The translations under genes and the position numbers were made by a program. 64,000 bases of DNA, from assembly GCA_963708295.1 (NCBI GenBank), contig CAVPSJ010000004.1:1107154-1171153 (forward strand), given 5' to 3'. The notes under the pieces were generated by a model that worked only from the letters and a program-made list of their open reading frames with translations, was not told the DNA's origin and searched no databases. This DNA is from an uncultured delta proteobacterium. GTDB taxonomy: Bacteria > Desulfobacterota > BSN033 > UBA1163. Of the stretch, positions 9,157-18,739 are shown one piece after another; the stretch's first letter is position 1; each line of letters begins with the position of its first letter.

Positions 9157-10671
9157 ATGAAAAAGGAATGGATCCTTTGTTTCATTACGGTCCTCCTGAT
9201 ACTCGGGACCACTCAGGTCAGTTTCTCAAAAGAACCAGTCAAGCTTTATTTCTTCTATTCTGAAGAGAGCGGAGGGCTGAAGGTCCAAGAAGGATTCATT
9301 ACGCCTCTTTCAAAGAAGTACCCCCTCGAGATCCAATCTTTTTCCTTAAACAAATTGGACAATTATGACCTGCTTGGCAAATTCGAAAAAGAATTGAAAC
9401 AGGAGGATAACGAACTTCCTGTCGTTATTATCGGGAATAAAATCTTGGGGGGGGAGGCTAAGATTCGAAAAGATCTGGAGGGATGGGTCAAATCCTATGC
9501 TGAAAAAGGAGGAATTGACTGGCCCTCCCTTCAAGTGACGAAGACGGACCGGTGGATCCCTCATGCCCCTACAGAGGAGGAAAAACGTTCTCAAACGATC
9601 GTGTATGGCGCTTTTTTCTATACCCATGGATGCCTTCACTGTGAAGGGGTGAAGGCAAAGTTAGGGGAGTGGGCCCCAAAGTTTCCTGATTTGCGAATAG
9701 GAACCTTCGACATGTCGAAGGAGGAGAATAAAAGGATAGGTGAGGCTCTTTTTGAAATCTATAAGGTTCCAGCCCGCCGACTGGGGGAGATTGTTCAACT
9801 CTATATCGGGGAAGACTACCTTTCGGGAGATGAGTTTCGTCATGAGGATTTTGAAAAAATGGTCTCAAAATATCAGGGGAAGGGCGCTCCTCCCCCCTGG
9901 GAGAAGGTGACCCAAGAGGCTTTGATGAAAGGGGAGGAGAAGATCATCGATCGATTCAAGAAATTTAGCCTCGGGGCTGTGTTGATCGCAGGCCTGATCG
10001 ATGGTCTCAACCCCTGCGCCTTCGCCACAATTGTCTTTCTGGTTTCCTACCTGTCTTTCTTGGGCAAACAGACTAAAGAGATTCTCACATACGGTCTCAT
10101 CTTCACTTCTGGCGTCTTTATCGCTTACATCCTAGCCGGAATGGGACTCATGGCGGGTTTCCGCCAGTTGAGCGGTTTCCCCCTGATTACCAAGGGGATC
10201 TATCTCGTCATCGGCACGTTTGCAATCGTACTTGGAATCATCAGCTTTTATGACTATATTCTATTCAGGCGGGGCCAGATTGCAAAAATGAAGCTTCAGC
10301 TTCCCATGGCGCTGAAGAAAAAGATCCACGGAATTATCCGAATACAAACCCGATCCCCCAAAGCGGGTTTTATAGGAACATTCGCTCTCGGATTCATCAT
10401 CGCAGCTACGGAAGTGGTCTGTACCGGGCAGGTGTACCTCCCCACCATCGGATATATCATGACAGTCCCCGAATTGAGGGTGAATGCCTTTTTGAATCTC
10501 ATCCTCTATAACATCATGTTTATTATCCCGCTGATGGGCATTTTTGTGGCGGCCTTTTTCGGAGTGACTTCGGAAAGGATGGCACTGGTGACAAAAGAGC
10601 GCACAGGAACGGTCAAACTTCTAACGGCCATTCTGTTCATTTGCCTGGGACTATTTCTTTTCATTTTTTAG
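9157..10671 (+). CDS. Thioredoxin-like domains fused to a CcdA/DsbD-type transmembrane domain
   Basis: Signal peptide; CLHC; TM domain with DGLNPCAF and EVVCTGQVY cysteines. Confidence 0.85.
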   Translation: MKKEWILCFITVLLILGTTQVSFSKEPVKLYFFYSEESGGLKVQEGFITPLSKKYPLEIQSFSLNKLDNYDLLGKFEKELKQEDNELPVVIIGNKILGGEAKIRKDLEGWVKSYAEKGGIDWPSLQVTKTDRWIPHAPTEEEKRSQTIVYGAFFYTHGCLHCEGVKAKLGEWAPKFPDLRIGTFDMSKEENKRIGEALFEIYKVPARRLGEIVQLYIGEDYLSGDEFRHEDFEKMVSKYQGKGAPPPWEKVTQEALMKGEEKIIDRFKKFSLGAVLIAGLIDGLNPCAFATIVFLVSYLSFLGKQTKEILTYGLIFTSGVFIAYILAGMGLMAGFRQLSGFPLITKGIYLVIGTFAIVLGIISFYDYILFRRGQIAKMKLQLPMALKKKIHGIIRIQTRSPKAGFIGTFALGFIIAATEVVCTGQVYLPTIGYIMTVPELRVNAFLNLILYNIMFIIPLMGIFVAAFFGVTSERMALVTKERTGTVKLLTAILFICLGLFLFIF

Positions 10672-10779
10672 TGAAACACTATCGAAGAGTTAGTCAAGAG
10701 GATTCGTGTCATCGGCCGCACCTTATATTTTCTCGTGAGATTGAAGTTCTGACTGCTGCTTGTAGAGAAAGAAAAAAAT

Positions 10780-11295
10780 ATGGTTCCGCAAATCAAGAAG
10801 ATACTTTTCGCAACCGATCTCAGCAAGAACTCTGCTTATGCCTTCTATTACGCGGTCCATATGGCAAGAAGAGACGACGCAAAGATTGTGATTTTGCATG
10901 CGGTCGAACCTCTTCCTCATATGCCGGTAACTTTTGGAGATTTCTCGCATCAGGTTTTGAAGGACCGCTGGGATGAGACCGTTAAGAAATTTAAGGAGCG
11001 AATACAGGATATTTCCGTAAAAGTAGATGCTCGAACGGGCATTTCATCGGTTGACCTGGTATCCAATATCCTGATTCGGCCGGGTAACCCTGTGGAAGAA
11101 ATCTTAAAGGTGGCAGACGAAGAGGGTTGCGACGTGATCGTTCTCGGAACCCACGGCAAGGGATTTTTGAAACAGACCTTGCTGGGGAGCGTGTCCAGTT
11201 CGGTCCTTATTCGAACCCAGAAACCAGTATTTGTGATACCGCTCCCATCTAAAAATACCAACTTTGATTTGAACGTAGGGGAGGACTTCGTATGA
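10780..11295 (+). CDS. Universal stress protein (UspA family)
   Basis: KKILFATDLS...IVLGTHGKG...LGSVSSSVL...PVFVIP. Confidence 0.93.
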   Translation: MVPQIKKILFATDLSKNSAYAFYYAVHMARRDDAKIVILHAVEPLPHMPVTFGDFSHQVLKDRWDETVKKFKERIQDISVKVDARTGISSVDLVSNILIRPGNPVEEILKVADEEGCDVIVLGTHGKGFLKQTLLGSVSSSVLIRTQKPVFVIPLPSKNTNFDLNVGEDFV

Positions 11296-11939
11296 AAAAG
11301 ATTTTGATGATGATTATCTTCGTATTTTTTCTTTTCGGCTGTGCAGGGATCCCTGTCCGACCCGCACTTCAAGAAAATATCAATATTTCTCCGGGGAAGG
11401 TTGAGGGAAATCAATTCACTGGTATTCGATACACCTTTAATGTCTCCGTTCCTGCCCATTGGAAGGTCACGACAGAATTCCCTGATTTCCTGGAAAAACT
11501 GGGTTACGACAGACCTTTTTCGACGGATAAGGAACAGACGGAACTATATGCGTATAATCCCGAAACGAAATCAAATATCAACTTCGATTTCACGCCGACA
11601 GGTCGGTATGCAAGATTCAACCAGAAAAAGATCGAAATTCTAACTTCTATGGCAACGGAAAGTATGAAAGCTGAACTAGATAAAGAGTTTGGGAAGGGTG
11701 TTGTTAAACCGGACGTGTATCCCACAGAACCGATATCCTTAAAGGGTGTCCAATATGCTGCAAAAAAATATGCAACCTATACGGCAAAAGGACAGAAACG
11801 GGAACAGGGATGGATTTATGGATTTACAGAACCCTATCAAATTTTTATCATTTACTCGATATTCGAAAAGGAGGGGGCCAGCGACCGTCAGGATCTGAAA
11901 AAGATTCTTGACTCTTTTGAGTACATAACAAAGAAATGA
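11292..11939 (+). CDS. Hypothetical lipoprotein
   Basis: Lipobox LFGC; RBS GGAGG; ATGA overlap. Confidence 0.75.
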   Translation: MKKILMMIIFVFFLFGCAGIPVRPALQENINISPGKVEGNQFTGIRYTFNVSVPAHWKVTTEFPDFLEKLGYDRPFSTDKEQTELYAYNPETKSNINFDFTPTGRYARFNQKKIEILTSMATESMKAELDKEFGKGVVKPDVYPTEPISLKGVQYAAKKYATYTAKGQKREQGWIYGFTEPYQIFIIYSIFEKEGASDRQDLKKILDSFEYITKK

Positions 11940-12100
11940 CGAGGGTCGGAGACGAGGACGATCAATTGGATAGGGTTAGCTAAACACATGGGTTTAGATA
12001 CTCCTCGCAGGGGGTTAAGTTTTTAATCCTGATGCGTAGGAGTTATCAAAAAGCAGGATCTGATTCCGGCCTGGAGTGAGCCTAAAAACCTTATCAAAAC

Positions 12101-12147
12101 GGTGCAACTTTTCTTGCATCGTCAACTTCTCTGCCAAAACGCAATTT
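12101..12147 (+). repeat. ~46-bp dispersed repeat, copy A
   Basis: GGTGCAACTTTTCTTGCATCGTCAACTTCTCTGCCAAAAC; similar copies at 13058 and 23900, and an inverted partial copy at 31957. Confidence 0.8.
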
Positions 12148-12234
12148 ACCCTAGGTGCCTTTCCATTCGAAAATTTTGTCAAGCATTTTTTAGTGTTGGC
12201 CGAATGCGGAATTTCTGGCCAATGAAGAAAGAAA

Positions 12235-12280
12235 TTGACCAATGTGCAATCATTTAGTATCATTAAAATGACATCACATT
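12235..12280 (+). promoter_or_regulatory. Sigma70 promoter with inverted-repeat operator for the second TA module
   Basis: TTGACC-17 bp-TATCAT; imperfect IR AATGTGcaaTCATTT...AAATGAcatCACATT. Confidence 0.65.
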
Positions 12281-12299
12281 GTGCATCTGGAGGACGATC

Positions 12300-12557
12300 A
12301 TGAAGACCATCACGATTCGCGGTATTGAGCCCGGGCTGGACCGGGTGATCAAGTCCCGAGCAAAGCAGAACAACCTGAGCGTGAATCAGTGGATCCTGCA
12401 GGCGCTGAAAAAAGTGACCGGTATGGGGAAAGAGCCGGTGTTCAAGAAGCACCATGATCTGGATGCCCTGGCTGGCGGATGGAGCAAGGAAGAAGCGAAA
12501 GCTTTTCAGAAAAACACTCAAATCTTCGAGAAGATCGATGAGGATGTCTGGAAATGA
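12300..12557 (+). CDS. FitA-like ribbon-helix-helix antitoxin
   Basis: MKTITIRGIEPGL...AKQNNLSVNQ...HDLDALAGGWS; ATGA overlap with PIN gene. Confidence 0.85.
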   Translation: MKTITIRGIEPGLDRVIKSRAKQNNLSVNQWILQALKKVTGMGKEPVFKKHHDLDALAGGWSKEEAKAFQKNTQIFEKIDEDVWK

Positions 12558-12954
12558 GACGGATCGCGATTGATACGAACATTTACACCTCTTTCAAGTG
12601 CAATGACCAAAGTGTTGTTGACACGTTCAGAGATTGCGACTGTATCGGGGTGGACTTAACGGTCATCGCTGAGCTCTTTTCCGGGTTTTCCCTCGGCGGT
12701 AAGGAAAAGAAGAAACCGCGCAGGAACTGGAAGCGTTCCTCAATTCTCCCCGGGTTGAAATACTCCTGCATGATCTCGAAACGGCAGATTACTATGCTTT
12801 GATTGTTAAAAGATTAAAGGCCAAAGGTCGACCCATTCCCACAAACGATATCTGGATTGCCGCCAATGCCATGAAGCATGGCTTGGCTCTCTATTCATTC
12901 GACGTCCATTTCGAAGAGATCGAAGGCCTGCTGTTGCTAACTGCCAAGAGTTAA
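12554..12954 (+). CDS. vapC: VapC PIN toxin (frameshift near 12715)
   Basis: IAIDTNIY...IAEL; the second frame from 12721 gives QELEAFL...GRPIPTNDIWIAA...YSFDVHF to TAA 12954. Confidence 0.85.
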
Positions 12955-13057
12955 ATCGGGTAGAGAATGGTTTCTCTCAATCCTGATAATGTGGTAAGAC
13001 ATCGAGGAAGACGCTATCCCGTTTGCTCTCCTGTTGTCCCACATGCTTCCGTAGAAG

Positions 13058-13102
13058 GGTGCAACCTTTTTTGATCGTCAACTTCTCTGCCAAAACCTAA
13101 TT
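13058..13102 (+). repeat. ~46-bp dispersed repeat, copy B
   Basis: GGTGCAACCTTTTTTGATCGTCAACTTCTCTGCCAAAAC, nearly identical to 12101. Confidence 0.8.
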
Positions 13103-13298
13103 CATTGATCTGAATAGCCATGGCAAAACAATATTAATGTCATGTCAACTCTTGTTGCCTCTTAATAATGGATGCGAGAACCGCCCTCAAGATAAAGAAA
13201 GGCAGAGCTGCTTCTGGCTCTGCCTTTCATCTTTAACAATACGGGCGTTGTGCACCATGCCTTTGTTCGCCGATTATCTTTCTGTGCGGTCACCCGGA

Positions 13299-13775
13299 TC
13301 AACCCGCTTCAATCACTTTTACATCCGGCCCGGCGCTCCATACCCGATATCGTACTTCAACACCTTCGGGCGCATACACCACGATGGGCAAACGGCTGTT
13401 GTAACGGATAAGGTAGGGTTCGCCGCCAAGCGTGACAAACCGGTTCACTTTCGGCGTCTCCGGATTGATCGCCATCCGTGTGCCAGCCATCGGCCCCAGC
13501 TTGCTTATATTGTAGCGCGGGAATCCCCAGCCCCTGATCGTTTTCTCCTCGATCTTGCCGCCGAAAAAGTATCTGTTCTTTTCGTCAACCTGGACGGTCT
13601 TACCGACGATCAGTTCCACCTTGAAAGCGGATTCGTCGTCCTCTTTCGGGAGCTGTAGGACATGTCGAACCGTTCCCTCCTCAGCTGGTGGAAACGCCAT
13701 CATGTAGTCAGCCGCTTGGACAGATAACATTGCAGAGAGAAACGCGAGGGCAGTGATAAGACAAACTTTTTTCAT
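13299..13775 (-). CDS. eco: Ecotin serine-protease inhibitor
   Basis: Signal peptide; FPPAEEG..RHVLQLP..KVELIVGK..GWGF..GTRMA..RYNSRLPIVVYAP..VRYRVW. Confidence 0.93.
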   Translation of the reverse strand: MKKVCLITALAFLSAMLSVQAADYMMAFPPAEEGTVRHVLQLPKEDDESAFKVELIVGKTVQVDEKNRYFFGGKIEEKTIRGWGFPRYNISKLGPMAGTRMAINPETPKVNRFVTLGGEPYLIRYNSRLPIVVYAPEGVEVRYRVWSAGPDVKVIEAG

Positions 13776-13788
13776 ATTCTCTCCTTTT

Positions 13789-13879
13789 GCCGAACGATTT
13801 GCGTAACCTGTGCGGGCAGTCACCAATGCCAAAACCTTACGCTGCTAGTCCGCGTCAGGTTGTGGCGTCGCTGTTCACT
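13789..13879 (-). mobile_element. Degenerate integron attC-like site upstream of ecotin
   Basis: Minus strand: GTGAAC..CAACCTGACGCGG..CCGCACAGGTTACGCAAATCGTTCGGC, followed directly by the ecotin RBS and ATG. Confidence 0.55.
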
Positions 13880-14114
13880 TCTGAGTTATCGTCATTCCCC
13901 CGGTCAAAACAGAGATTTTAGGTCAGGCTCTCTTTGTAACTAATCTATAAATGACAAATAACCATGCGCTGCCAAGAATTCAAGCAATGTGAGATCCGGA
14001 TAGGGCAGAAAGCCAAAACTCGATTTCAGGAGTCCTCAGAAAGGGGCTCGCGGGCTTTATCTACTCATTCTCAATAGCCAGATGACGTAGGAGTTGATGA
14101 TTATCGAAAGAAAT

Positions 14115-14146
14115 AAAAAAAGGCAGGACCTCACTGATCCTGCCTT
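14115..14146 (-). terminator. Intrinsic terminator
   Basis: AAGGCAGGA/TCCTGCCTT stem followed by a U-run on the minus strand. Confidence 0.65.
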
Positions 14147-14171
14147 CCCTCTTTGACTACGGAATAGAAGC

Positions 14172-14417
14172 TTAACTCTTGATGTTTATTGAATGGTGAG
14201 ACAGATTACGCCAAAGAATTCCATCTGCAGGATTATCTATTGCGATCGGCTTGAAAAATATGTCTTTGCCATCGATATCATCACCCAGGAGCATTCTCCC
14301 CCACCTGATGACAGATTCCTTTGTTGTTCTCGTTGGGTTCTTTCTTCTCTCCGGGAGAATCCCGATTAACTCGTAGCCTTTTTCCTTATGGAATGTGTAT
14401 AGCTCGTAAACCAACAT
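14172..14417 (-). CDS. Small hypothetical protein
   Basis: 81-aa ORF (YELY...LIGILPERRKNP.R.T.ESVIRWG) followed by a terminator. Confidence 0.65.
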   Translation of the reverse strand: MLVYELYTFHKEKGYELIGILPERRKNPTRTTKESVIRWGRMLLGDDIDGKDIFFKPIAIDNPADGILWRNLSHHSINIKS

Positions 14418-14546
14418 AAGCGAATATGAGCCTGATAGTGTTATTACCTAAATTCGCTCCTCAACTTCTTCCGCGGTGCGTTTTTAACCGTAATCAGAAC
14501 TCCCTTGTGCAGATCCTTCGAATTTTGTAGGCTTCTCAACCGCCCC

Positions 14547-14759
14547 TCAAGCCGATCGCCGAACGACCTCCTCTTTCTCCTCTGGATTCTTTTCAAAGAA
14601 GTCCTTCCATACCCGGTCCATTTCCTCTCTCATTTCCTGCATTGCACGCAAAAACGCAACGTGTCGTTTCAATGTGTTGTTCTTCATCGCTAACCTCACT
14701 TTTCCTTTGTCCTCGTCAAGACCTATCGTGATACGTCGCCCTAGCTTTTTATCAGCCAT
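14547..14759 (-). CDS. Small hypothetical protein; C-terminal half resembles an Hsp20 N-terminal helix
   Basis: MREEMDRVWKDFFE; upstream TTGACC-17-TATGAT promoter near 14814-14842. Confidence 0.4.
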   Translation of the reverse strand: MADKKLGRRITIGLDEDKGKVRLAMKNNTLKRHVAFLRAMQEMREEMDRVWKDFFEKNPEEKEEVVRRSA

Positions 14760-14932
14760 AAGGTTGGTGATTAATGAACCTTAATGAATAAAAGCGATGA
14801 ATGATGATGAACTATCATATACCTTCTAAGAAGAAAGGTCAAGAGATATTTCTGAGATGTTTACTATTAATCTTATTGATTTGCATCTTAAGTACGGCTA
14901 GTTAGCTATTTCTAGGGAAATGAAATGGAAGA

Positions 14933-15050
14933 GATTCGGGTGTCACCCGAGTTTCAAAGAGGTTCGATGAAAAAATGGCCGAGTATATAATGTTGAGACT
15001 GCAGGCGGAGGAGATTAATGACAGAATATCAAAGGTCAAGAGCCGAGTCC
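14933..15050 (+). pseudogene. C-terminal relic of a REP-associated tyrosine transposase (RAYT)-like gene
   Basis: DSGVTRVSKRFDEKM...EEINDRISKVK; DNA similar to 23965-24026 plus 24236-24255; family call is from recall only. Confidence 0.45.
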
Positions 15051-15208
15051 AATTTCGTCACCTGAATTGAGAAATGAACCTACCTATTTTCAATAGCGAA
15101 GTGATCTGGGATCTGATGATTCCCGAAGGAAATAAATAAAAAAGCAATTTCTGGTTCCTGCCTTACTTTCCTGCAATCAGGTGTTGATTTATTTCCTAAA
15201 TTTCTTCT

Positions 15209-15409
15209 CTAATCCTGGAAGAGCGATAGGGTCTGAATGGATAGCCTCTTTTCGGCACATGATTGAATTGAATTAGTCAATGAGGCTTGTTTTTTCGGCT
15301 TCATCTGTTTTTCACGGCAGATGATAAGCAGGTATCCGCACACTTCATCCACTGTTACCGCAAGTCCACAAACACCGCATTTGTAAACAGGGCCCTTCTT
15401 TACAACCAC
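15209..15409 (-). pseudogene. Degenerate small desulfoferrodoxin/rubredoxin-like Cys protein
   Basis: KKGPVYKCGVCG..VDEVCG..IICREKQMKPKK; expected second CC is damaged. Confidence 0.45.
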
Positions 15410-15425
15410 CTCCTCTCCTATTTAT

Positions 15426-17141
15426 CTATCTTGGTATCACCGGGAGGACGATATGGGAGGGATGCTGACGGTCGTGATAGATGCGGTCTTTCCCATACTT
15501 CAGCCCGTAGTGGTGGGCGCTGTCAAACATCCATGAGTCGCCGTTGGAGAAGTCAATGCGTATCCGATGCCCCTTGCGGAACAGGTTGCTCGTAGGCATT
15601 ACCTCGATCTCGTACGGGTAGATCTTGCCGGGTTCGATCGGCTCTGGGTTCTCGTGGATGTGCCACGGCCTGTAGCTCATCGATCGGGCAGGGTCCGTTC
15701 TCCGGTGAGAAGCCTTTAGCCATCCCCAGGTGAGCATCCTGGCCTTGGGCGGATAGCCTTTCAGCTGTTCGGCATCGGGGGCCTGATCGACGACCCTCAC
15801 GTAGAAGTCGGCATCCTTCTCGCTGGAAGAAGCGAAGAGCGTCATCTTGATTGGCCCGGTAACCTCCAAATCCTCTTCGAGCGGTCCGCTGGTGAAAGTC
15901 AGGATCCCGGCGGTGGGGTGGAGCATTCCGTTCACCCTGGTCGCAGTCCCGCCGCCCCTCCAGTTCATCCAGCTCTGGTTGGGATACTCAAACTCGAAAT
16001 AGCTCTCTTCCGCGGTCGGTGCCTCGCGGGAGAGCCCGCCGTCGTTCAAGGACAGCGCGGCTCCTGCCTTGCCCGGCTGCAGGTAGAAGGGAGTGTAATG
16101 GGTCCTGGCGAGCGGCCATTCGTTCTCGGCCCTGTACCCCTCGTCGCTGTTCCTGACGAAGAGCTTTACGGGTGGCTCGTTCATGATTCCCGTGTCGATG
16201 CCCTTAAGCCAGTGATCGTACCAGCGCAACAGCTCGATTCGCATCTCCTGAGATTCGAAGATGAACATCTCCTGGCCGACGTAGTCCCCGTGGCACACCA
16301 GCAGCTTCTTCGGGGCTTCGATCTCCTCGAAAGCGACGATATTGCCCCGGAGATGGAGAGCCGCCTTATGCCATATTCCTATGCTGTAGACAGGGCACCT
16401 GATCTTCTTGAAATCGGGGGTCCTCTCCTTCCAGAAGGCGTCGTAGGCGGGGTGACGCAGCACCTCGTAAACCATGTCCCACTTCATGGTATCCGGTTTC
16501 AGCGGGTCCTGTGGAAACGGGCCCGGAATGTCCATCAGTCGTTGCGCCCGCATGTTGAAGTGCCACCAGGTCACGAAGCTCATGTTCAGCAGGCCGCCGT
16601 GGAACACCACGTCTCGGTACATGTCCGCGCCGCCGTCGAAGGGAACAATGGTGGCCAAGTGGGGAGGCTGCATCGCCGCGGCGAACCACTGGACCCAGGC
16701 GTAATAGGACTCCCCGATCATCCCAACTTTGCTCGTGCACCATTCCTGCTGCGCCATCCACTCGACCAGGTCGTAATGGTCCCGCTGCTCCTCGATACTA
16801 TGGAACCTCCACATCCCTTCCGAGACGCCGGAGCCTCGGATGTCGGCGTGGACGTAGACGTACCCTCTCTCGACGAACCACTCGATCTGGTTGGTCTCGC
16901 GCTCGTGAAAAGCGGGTACGGAGGGCAGATAAACCAGGTTTTTCTGATAAGGGGAGGAAGCATAAAGGGCAGGAAACCTCCCGGGTGCATCGGGGCGAAA
17001 GACATCCACGGCAACGGTCACTCCATCCCGCATTCTTACAAGAACGTCTTTCTCAACTTTGACTCCATACTTCGGCTGGCTCAATTTATCCTCTGGAAAA
17101 TTTTTGGAAAGAAAAGATGACATGAGCGTATCCCCTTTCAT
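15426..17141 (-). CDS. CocE/NonD family hydrolase (peptidase S15)
   Basis: MRDGVTVAVDVFRP, SPY, DIRGSGVSEG, GESYY nucleophile motif, C-terminal PepX_C (FRKGHRIRIDFS). Confidence 0.93.
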   Translation of the reverse strand: MKGDTLMSSFLSKNFPEDKLSQPKYGVKVEKDVLVRMRDGVTVAVDVFRPDAPGRFPALYASSPYQKNLVYLPSVPAFHERETNQIEWFVERGYVYVHADIRGSGVSEGMWRFHSIEEQRDHYDLVEWMAQQEWCTSKVGMIGESYYAWVQWFAAAMQPPHLATIVPFDGGADMYRDVVFHGGLLNMSFVTWWHFNMRAQRLMDIPGPFPQDPLKPDTMKWDMVYEVLRHPAYDAFWKERTPDFKKIRCPVYSIGIWHKAALHLRGNIVAFEEIEAPKKLLVCHGDYVGQEMFIFESQEMRIELLRWYDHWLKGIDTGIMNEPPVKLFVRNSDEGYRAENEWPLARTHYTPFYLQPGKAGAALSLNDGGLSREAPTAEESYFEFEYPNQSWMNWRGGGTATRVNGMLHPTAGILTFTSGPLEEDLEVTGPIKMTLFASSSEKDADFYVRVVDQAPDAEQLKGYPPKARMLTWGWLKASHRRTDPARSMSYRPWHIHENPEPIEPGKIYPYEIEVMPTSNLFRKGHRIRIDFSNGDSWMFDSAHHYGLKYGKDRIYHDRQHPSHIVLPVIPR

Positions 17142-17235
17142 TCTTTCATCATGGGGCGGTCACAACGGCGCCGGAAATTGGATTCCGGCCCCCGCAACTC
17201 ATTTCCCGATGGTTACCCGTTTCGGGCAAATTTCT

Positions 17236-17967
17236 CTACTCTTTTTGGCTATGTTGCTTTCCGAGATACGCGGCTGTTACCAACTCGCTGTTAGCAAGTT
17301 GTTCGCAATCTCCCTGAAGGGCGATCCTGCCATTTTGCATGACGTATCCCCGGTCAGCCACCTCCAGAGCCACACGGACGTTCTGCTCAACGAGCAGAAT
17401 CGTCAGACCCTGCTGACGGAGGGTTTCAACGGTCTTGAAGATCTCCTTAATGATCATTGGTGCAAGGCCGAGGGACGGCTCGTCCGTCAGAAGAAGTTTC
17501 GGTCGTCCCATCAACGCCCGGCCGATGGCAAGCATCTGCTGTTCGCCGCCCGAGAGAGTACCTGCAAGCTGGGTTTTCCGCTCCCGGAGCCTCGGGAAGA
17601 GTGTAAAAGTCTTCTCCATCTCGCTTTCAATCTCCGGACGGGCGACGCGGCCGACGTAGGAATAACTGCCCAGTTTCAGATTCTCCAGCACCGTCAGAGT
17701 CTGGAAGATCTGCTTGCCTTCAGGGACATGGCAGACCCCGCGTCGAACCATTTGATGGGGGGGAAATCCCGTAACATCGGACCCGAAGAGAGACACCTTG
17801 CCTCGCGTCGGGAAAACCACCCCGGATATACAGCCGAGAAGGGTTGACTTGCCTGCGCCGTTGGCCCCGAGGAGACAAACGACCCCGCCTTCATTCACCT
17901 GGATGGCGATGTCGCGCAGCACCTCCGTCCGTCCGTAGCTCGCGTGGAGGGCCTCCACCTTAAGCAT
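17236..17967 (-). CDS. livF: Branched-chain amino-acid-type ABC ATPase (LivF-like)
   Basis: GANGAGKST, LSGGEQQMLAIGRALM, DEPSLGLAP, VEQN. Confidence 0.93.
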   Translation of the reverse strand: MLKVEALHASYGRTEVLRDIAIQVNEGGVVCLLGANGAGKSTLLGCISGVVFPTRGKVSLFGSDVTGFPPHQMVRRGVCHVPEGKQIFQTLTVLENLKLGSYSYVGRVARPEIESEMEKTFTLFPRLRERKTQLAGTLSGGEQQMLAIGRALMGRPKLLLTDEPSLGLAPMIIKEIFKTVETLRQQGLTILLVEQNVRVALEVADRGYVMQNGRIALQGDCEQLANSELVTAAYLGKQHSQKE

Positions 17968-18739
17968 CGCCGGCCTCCCCCAGGTAAGCGGAGATTACGG
18001 TCTGGAGGTTCCTGACTTCGTGGGCGCTTCCCTCCGCCAGCTTCTCTCCGTAATTGAGGACCACGATCTCATCGCTGACACTCATCACCAGATCCATATT
18101 ATGTTCAACGAGCAGGATGGAGAGACCTTCGGCCGTGAGCTTCCTCAGCAACGCCCCCAGCCTCGCTCGTTCGGCATCGTTGAGACCTGCGGCGGGTTCG
18201 TCCAGAAGCAGCAGCTTCGGCTTCGCTGCTAAAGCGCGTGCCATCTCAAGAAGCCTTTGCTCGCCCACCGGGAGGGCACCTGCCGGCATGCTGGCCCGAT
18301 GTCCAAGACCGACGAAGTCGACCTGTGATTTGGCCATTTCCATGATCTGCCTTTCCTTCGCGCGCGCTCCGGGCAGACGCATGGCTGCCTGCAGCGTGCC
18401 GAGATGGGCCCACCGGTGGCAGCCGGCCATAACATTTTCCAGCACGGTCATCTCCTGAAAAATACGGAGCAGCTGGAAGGTACGGCCGATGTTGAGGCGG
18501 GCCGTTTGATGGAGGGGGAGGCCCGTAATCAGCTTTCCCTCAAAAAGGATCTCCCCCGAGGTGACAGGCAGTGCGCCCGTGATAAGATTGATACACGTGG
18601 TTTTGCCCGCCCCGTTCGGTCCGATCAACCCCTTCAACTGGCCCGGCATAACAGTGAAGCTCAGGTTCTGAACAGCAGGGAGACCGCCGAAATTTTTGCT
18701 CACACGGTCGACTTCGAGAATGGGTGTCCCCTGGCTCAT
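17960..18739 (-). CDS. livG: ABC ATPase (LivG-like)
   Basis: GPNGAGKTT, RTFQ, DEPAAGL, VEHNM, AYLG; RBS AGGAG before ATG 18739. Confidence 0.92.
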   Translation of the reverse strand: MSQGTPILEVDRVSKNFGGLPAVQNLSFTVMPGQLKGLIGPNGAGKTTCINLITGALPVTSGEILFEGKLITGLPLHQTARLNIGRTFQLLRIFQEMTVLENVMAGCHRWAHLGTLQAAMRLPGARAKERQIMEMAKSQVDFVGLGHRASMPAGALPVGEQRLLEMARALAAKPKLLLLDEPAAGLNDAERARLGALLRKLTAEGLSILLVEHNMDLVMSVSDEIVVLNYGEKLAEGSAHEVRNLQTVISAYLGEAGDA

